Shown: in pieces, positions 25,551 to 28,364 of the stretch | How the letters are laid out: every line of letters starts with the position of its first letter | How positions within the stretch are numbered: position 1 is the stretch's first letter | Source of the DNA: a virus | Taxonomy: Duplodnaviria > Caudoviricetes | Direction: 5' to 3' (one strand) | DNA length: 28,364 nt | IMG/VR virus record: IMGVR_UViG_3300012971_000071 | Span: 1 to 28,364 of that record | Made by a program: the position numbers and the translations under genes | The notes under the pieces: generated by a model | Told to the model about the DNA's origin: nothing | Database searches by the model: none | Seen by the model: only the letters and a program-made list of their open reading frames with translations

Positions 25551-25805
25551 ATGCGCTTTTTGATCGCTGCTACTCATCCGAGCGTGCGAAAGTATGTCAA
25601 TCCACCGCCCGCAAACCCACGAGTGCAAGTGCTTGGGCGTCCGAGACTCGGTTGCTATAATCTGCAGACAATTCTCCCGCGTGACGTGTTTGATGAACTG
25701 ATGCGCGTCGAGAACGAGACAGACGTCTACCGCACACGGGTCGCAGCGAACGTGCTGTGTGAATGGGCGAGAAGTCAGCAGCAGCTCAGGCGATCGCACG
25801 GTTGA
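25551..25805 (+). CDS. Putative ribbon-helix-helix DNA-binding protein
   Basis: 84 aa from ATG 25551 (AAAAGG upstream), filling the terL-gpW gap. GRPRLG followed by a strand (YNLQTILP), a helix (RDVFDELMRVENE) and a second helix (RTRVAANVLCEWA). Confidence 0.6.
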   Translation: MRFLIAATHPSVRKYVNPPPANPRVQVLGRPRLGCYNLQTILPRDVFDELMRVENETDVYRTRVAANVLCEWARSQQQLRRSHG

Positions 25806-27786
25806 TCGCGCCGAACTGAGCACGCTGATGCGGCTCGGCTCGCTGCTGAGCTGACGCTTGAGCTGTCGCGAGCGGTGGAGCTGTGTCAGCGATCGCTGCA
25901 GCGCTGCCCTGCGTCCCAAATGCTGTCTTGCGCTGCACAGGATGCTCTGTAGAGGGCGGTAAGGACGAGTCGCGCTTCATCGTATCAAGACGGATCCCAG
26001 CGTGCGGCAGCTGCAGCGCAGCGAGCGCGTAGACGAACACGTCCCATGACTCGTTTCGCTGACTCAGACGCTTGATCCAGACGTAGTGCTTGAAGCCATA
26101 TTTCGACTTCACGATGCGTTGCTCGGCGCGCAGACCCTCGAAATAGGGAATGTCGTAGCCGTTGCTCGGCTCGTGCGCCTTCAGCTCTTCGTCGAACACG
26201 TCACTGCGCGGGAAGTGACAGAAACCCGGGCCGATCTTCGTCACATTCAATCTGTTCATGATCTCGTCTTTGAGCGTGTCGACGCCGAGCGATGCGATCA
26301 GGCAGCGGTTCGACTTCGACAGCGTGAGCGCGCTGATCGGCGCTTTGCCGATGCCGCCCATGCCTTTGATCGCGATGCAGCGCGGCTGTCGCGGCTTGAC
26401 GTATGCGTAGACGTGATCGCTGCAGAAGCTCGAGTCAATGCACATGCGTCGCACGCGCATCTTGCGACCATCTGACGTCGTGAAGAATCGATTGAACACT
26501 GCGTCGTCGAGCGCCTCCCACGGTTCGTCCGTGCGCGGATCGCCCGGGATTGTGATGTAGTCGAGATGCCAGTTCTCACGACCGCGCCCCCAGCCGATCA
26601 CGTCTGCGTGCAGCGACTGATCTTGCACGTCGACGCCTGCTGTGAGCACGATCACGCCGTCTGGCACTTCGCTCTGATACAGCTCGCGCCTCATGTAGAG
26701 GTCGATCTTCACTTTGCTGCCTTGCTCTTCGAACAGCAGACCGAGTCGCGTGTTCTTGAACGCTTTCATCAGCTCGACGTCGCCCTCTTCGAGCGCGAGC
26801 TGCGCCTGCTCGTATTCGTCGCGCAGAATGTCCCACTCCACCCACGGGTTCACGAGACCGCTGATGAAAAAGCCGCGCGCAGTGACTTTGTTGCCGCGAT
26901 CGTCAACGAGACGATGCGCGATCCACTCGCCATCGCCTGCGAGCCAAAGATACTTTTCGAACGCTTCACCGCAGCTCGCGCACTTGTGCTCGAGCGTGTT
27001 GAGATCGACGTGCTCCCAGTCGAGTTCTTGCTTGAACGAGCACGACGGACACGGGAGGTACCAGTGTTCACATGTCGTCTGCGCGATCTCTTTCTCGACG
27101 TGCGAGACGCCCGCGATCGACGGCGAGCTGACGATCACGACCTTGCGATTCCAGAACGCTGAACAGCGCGCGATCGCGAGCTTCAACGGGTTGCCTTCGC
27201 GTCCTGCAGTGAGCGGATACCGATCGACGTCGTCGAGCAGCACGATGCGCACAGGGCGACCGCTCAGACTCGCGTTGCTGTTCGCGCCACCGAGCGCGAC
27301 GTAGCCGCCAGCGAACGTCTTGCGCAGAATCTTGTTGCCATCAGCTCCGACAGGTGGCACTCTGCCTTCGAGTGCAGGCGTGTCGCGCAGCATCGGCTGC
27401 AGTCGATCTTGCGAGAACGCTTCTGCCATCTCGACTGTCGGCTGCACGACGAGAATCGGGCACGGATCCTCGACGATATGATAGCCGATCGGGTTCAAGA
27501 TCGCGCTGTCTGTGATGCCGAGCTGTGCGCCTTTCTGCACGACAACGCGCGGCACGAGCGGATCAGTGATCGCGTCCATGATCTCGCGCTCGTAGGGAAC
27601 AGTCGCAGTGACCCATTGCCCTGCTTCTGCGCTCGATTCGCTCGAGAGAATGCGATCGCGATCAGCCCACTCGCTCAGCGTGATCTTCGACGGCGGTAGC
27701 CATGCACTGAAGCATTCAGCGACAAGATCACGCGCTGCTCGTCTTTCGTCGACGCTTGACACGTTTTTTGACACGCTCGATCGCAT
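25786..27786 (-). CDS. terL: Terminase large subunit, lambda GpA family
   Basis: PPSKITLSEWAD..R.L..ESSAEAGQW, PYEREIMD, KGAQLG, GANS.ASL.GRP, SSPS, CPSC..C..CG, LTAGVDVQ, CIDS, LGVDTLK and RNESWD..VYA. Exact start uncertain (27786 vs 27810). Confidence 0.96.
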   Translation of the reverse strand: MRSSVSKNVSSVDERRAARDLVAECFSAWLPPSKITLSEWADRDRILSSESSAEAGQWVTATVPYEREIMDAITDPLVPRVVVQKGAQLGITDSAILNPIGYHIVEDPCPILVVQPTVEMAEAFSQDRLQPMLRDTPALEGRVPPVGADGNKILRKTFAGGYVALGGANSNASLSGRPVRIVLLDDVDRYPLTAGREGNPLKLAIARCSAFWNRKVVIVSSPSIAGVSHVEKEIAQTTCEHWYLPCPSCSFKQELDWEHVDLNTLEHKCASCGEAFEKYLWLAGDGEWIAHRLVDDRGNKVTARGFFISGLVNPWVEWDILRDEYEQAQLALEEGDVELMKAFKNTRLGLLFEEQGSKVKIDLYMRRELYQSEVPDGVIVLTAGVDVQDQSLHADVIGWGRGRENWHLDYITIPGDPRTDEPWEALDDAVFNRFFTTSDGRKMRVRRMCIDSSFCSDHVYAYVKPRQPRCIAIKGMGGIGKAPISALTLSKSNRCLIASLGVDTLKDEIMNRLNVTKIGPGFCHFPRSDVFDEELKAHEPSNGYDIPYFEGLRAEQRIVKSKYGFKHYVWIKRLSQRNESWDVFVYALAALQLPHAGIRLDTMKRDSSLPPSTEHPVQRKTAFGTQGSAAAIADTAPPLATAQASAQQRAEPHQRAQFGAINRAIA

Positions 27787-28333
27787 CGTTCCTGCTGCCT
27801 TTTGCTCCATTTTTGCTGAGCTTCATGAATGAATGCACGCCGATTTTGCTCACTTCCGTCAGACAATTTCTGATGTTCTGCTCGAGTAGCAGACGCGCTT
27901 TGTGCGGATCTTTGAGTCCGATCATCTGACGAGCGAGTCGAGCAGGCAAGCCGAGCAGGTGATTCTTCGCTTGTGCGATCGCTTTCGTCATCTCTGTGAG
28001 CACGATCACGCGATCGCATGTGTCGCCGCGTGCGATCTTCAATTCGAGTTCCTTCTGCTGACGCACGATCGACTGCGTGTTTCTCTTCTCGCGCTGATAC
28101 TCTTCGCGCTCCTGCTGCTCAGGCTGCGACATGTGATGAATGAAGCGCATGACGTTCGTCTCCCAGTCGTAGACGACACGCTGACGACCGCCACGCTTGC
28201 GCAGCGTTCGCACAAGCACTCCAGCAGTCGTCAATCGACGCAATTCCATCTCAGAAACGCACAAGATTCGCGCCATTTCTGTCGGATCGCGCACGCTGTG
28301 CTCAAGCTCATTTGAGCTGTTTTTCGAAGGCAT
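27728..28333 (-). CDS. terS: Terminase small subunit (Nu1-like)
   Basis: 201 aa upstream of terL. N-terminal winged HTH (EMARILCVSEMELRRLTTAGVL...YD), then a coiled coil, ELELKIARG and KNHLLGLPARLA. Confidence 0.88.
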   Translation of the reverse strand: MPSKNSSNELEHSVRDPTEMARILCVSEMELRRLTTAGVLVRTLRKRGGRQRVVYDWETNVMRFIHHMSQPEQQEREEYQREKRNTQSIVRQQKELELKIARGDTCDRVIVLTEMTKAIAQAKNHLLGLPARLARQMIGLKDPHKARLLLEQNIRNCLTEVSKIGVHSFMKLSKNGAKGSRNDAIERVKKRVKRRRKTSSA

Positions 28334-28364
28334 AATTCAACTGCTTTTTGGGCGTCTCTGAACG

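Larger units (their letters stand above)
1..28364 (-). mobile_element. Phage/prophage structural region (lambda-like head, P2/Mu-like contractile tail); ends lie outside the window
   Basis: About 30 tightly coupled minus-strand ORFs (many ATGA/TGATG overlaps) in canonical order terS-terL-portal-protease-capsid-neck-sheath-tube-chaperone-TMP-baseplate-fibre. No integrase or att site is visible, so prophage versus free phage cannot be decided. Confidence 0.96.

Noticed and set aside
27510-27540. Walker A lacking GKT (KGAQLGITD)
   Set aside because: Lambda GpA-family terminases have a deviant Walker A with the key Lys at the start of the motif (KSARVG in lambda), and that Lys is present here.
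27756-27775. Tandem TTGACACG (two perfect -35 hexamers on the + strand)
   Set aside because: No -10 element at a suitable spacing; lies within the terS/terL overlap and is probably coding-constrained.
1-28364. Genome-wide TGA reassignment (code 4/25) as an explanation for the TMP stop
   Set aside because: TGA ends many genes at family-appropriate C-termini with ATGA/TGATG overlaps (e.g. 2139, 6936, 10136, 10915, 12066, 12296, 23395, 25158), and Trp is encoded by TGG in the segments read.
1-28364. Tailocin/eCIS, CRISPR array, tRNA or intron
   Set aside because: A complete head and packaging module is present, and intergenic gaps are too short to hold arrays or structured RNA genes.

Overview
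The window is almost entirely the virion-morphogenesis operon of a tailed phage or prophage, encoded on the minus strand and read right to left. The head module is lambda-like: terS, GpA-type terL, gpW-like adaptor, lambda-family portal, ClpP-type prohead protease with a nested scaffold, decoration protein and gpE-type major capsid protein. The tail is contractile and P2/Mu-like: sheath, tube, frameshifting chaperone, tape measure, X, D, V, U, W, J, I and fibre. The 3' end of a DNA amino-methyltransferase enters on the + strand at the left edge. Departures from the textbook layout: (i) a single in-frame TGA splits an otherwise continuous 851-codon tape-measure frame that ends in a SleB-like lytic domain; (ii) a ~4.3 kb cassette between baseplate W and J encodes modular fibre-like proteins, one with a lipoprotein-type signal peptide, plus a holin candidate and a GH75 chitosanase-like putative endolysin; (iii) a small ribbon-helix-helix gene lies on the opposite strand between terL and the head genes, next to a palindrome; (iv) protein modules and peptide motifs are reused across several structural genes. 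All family assignments come from motif recognition by eye and gene order. No database searches were run.
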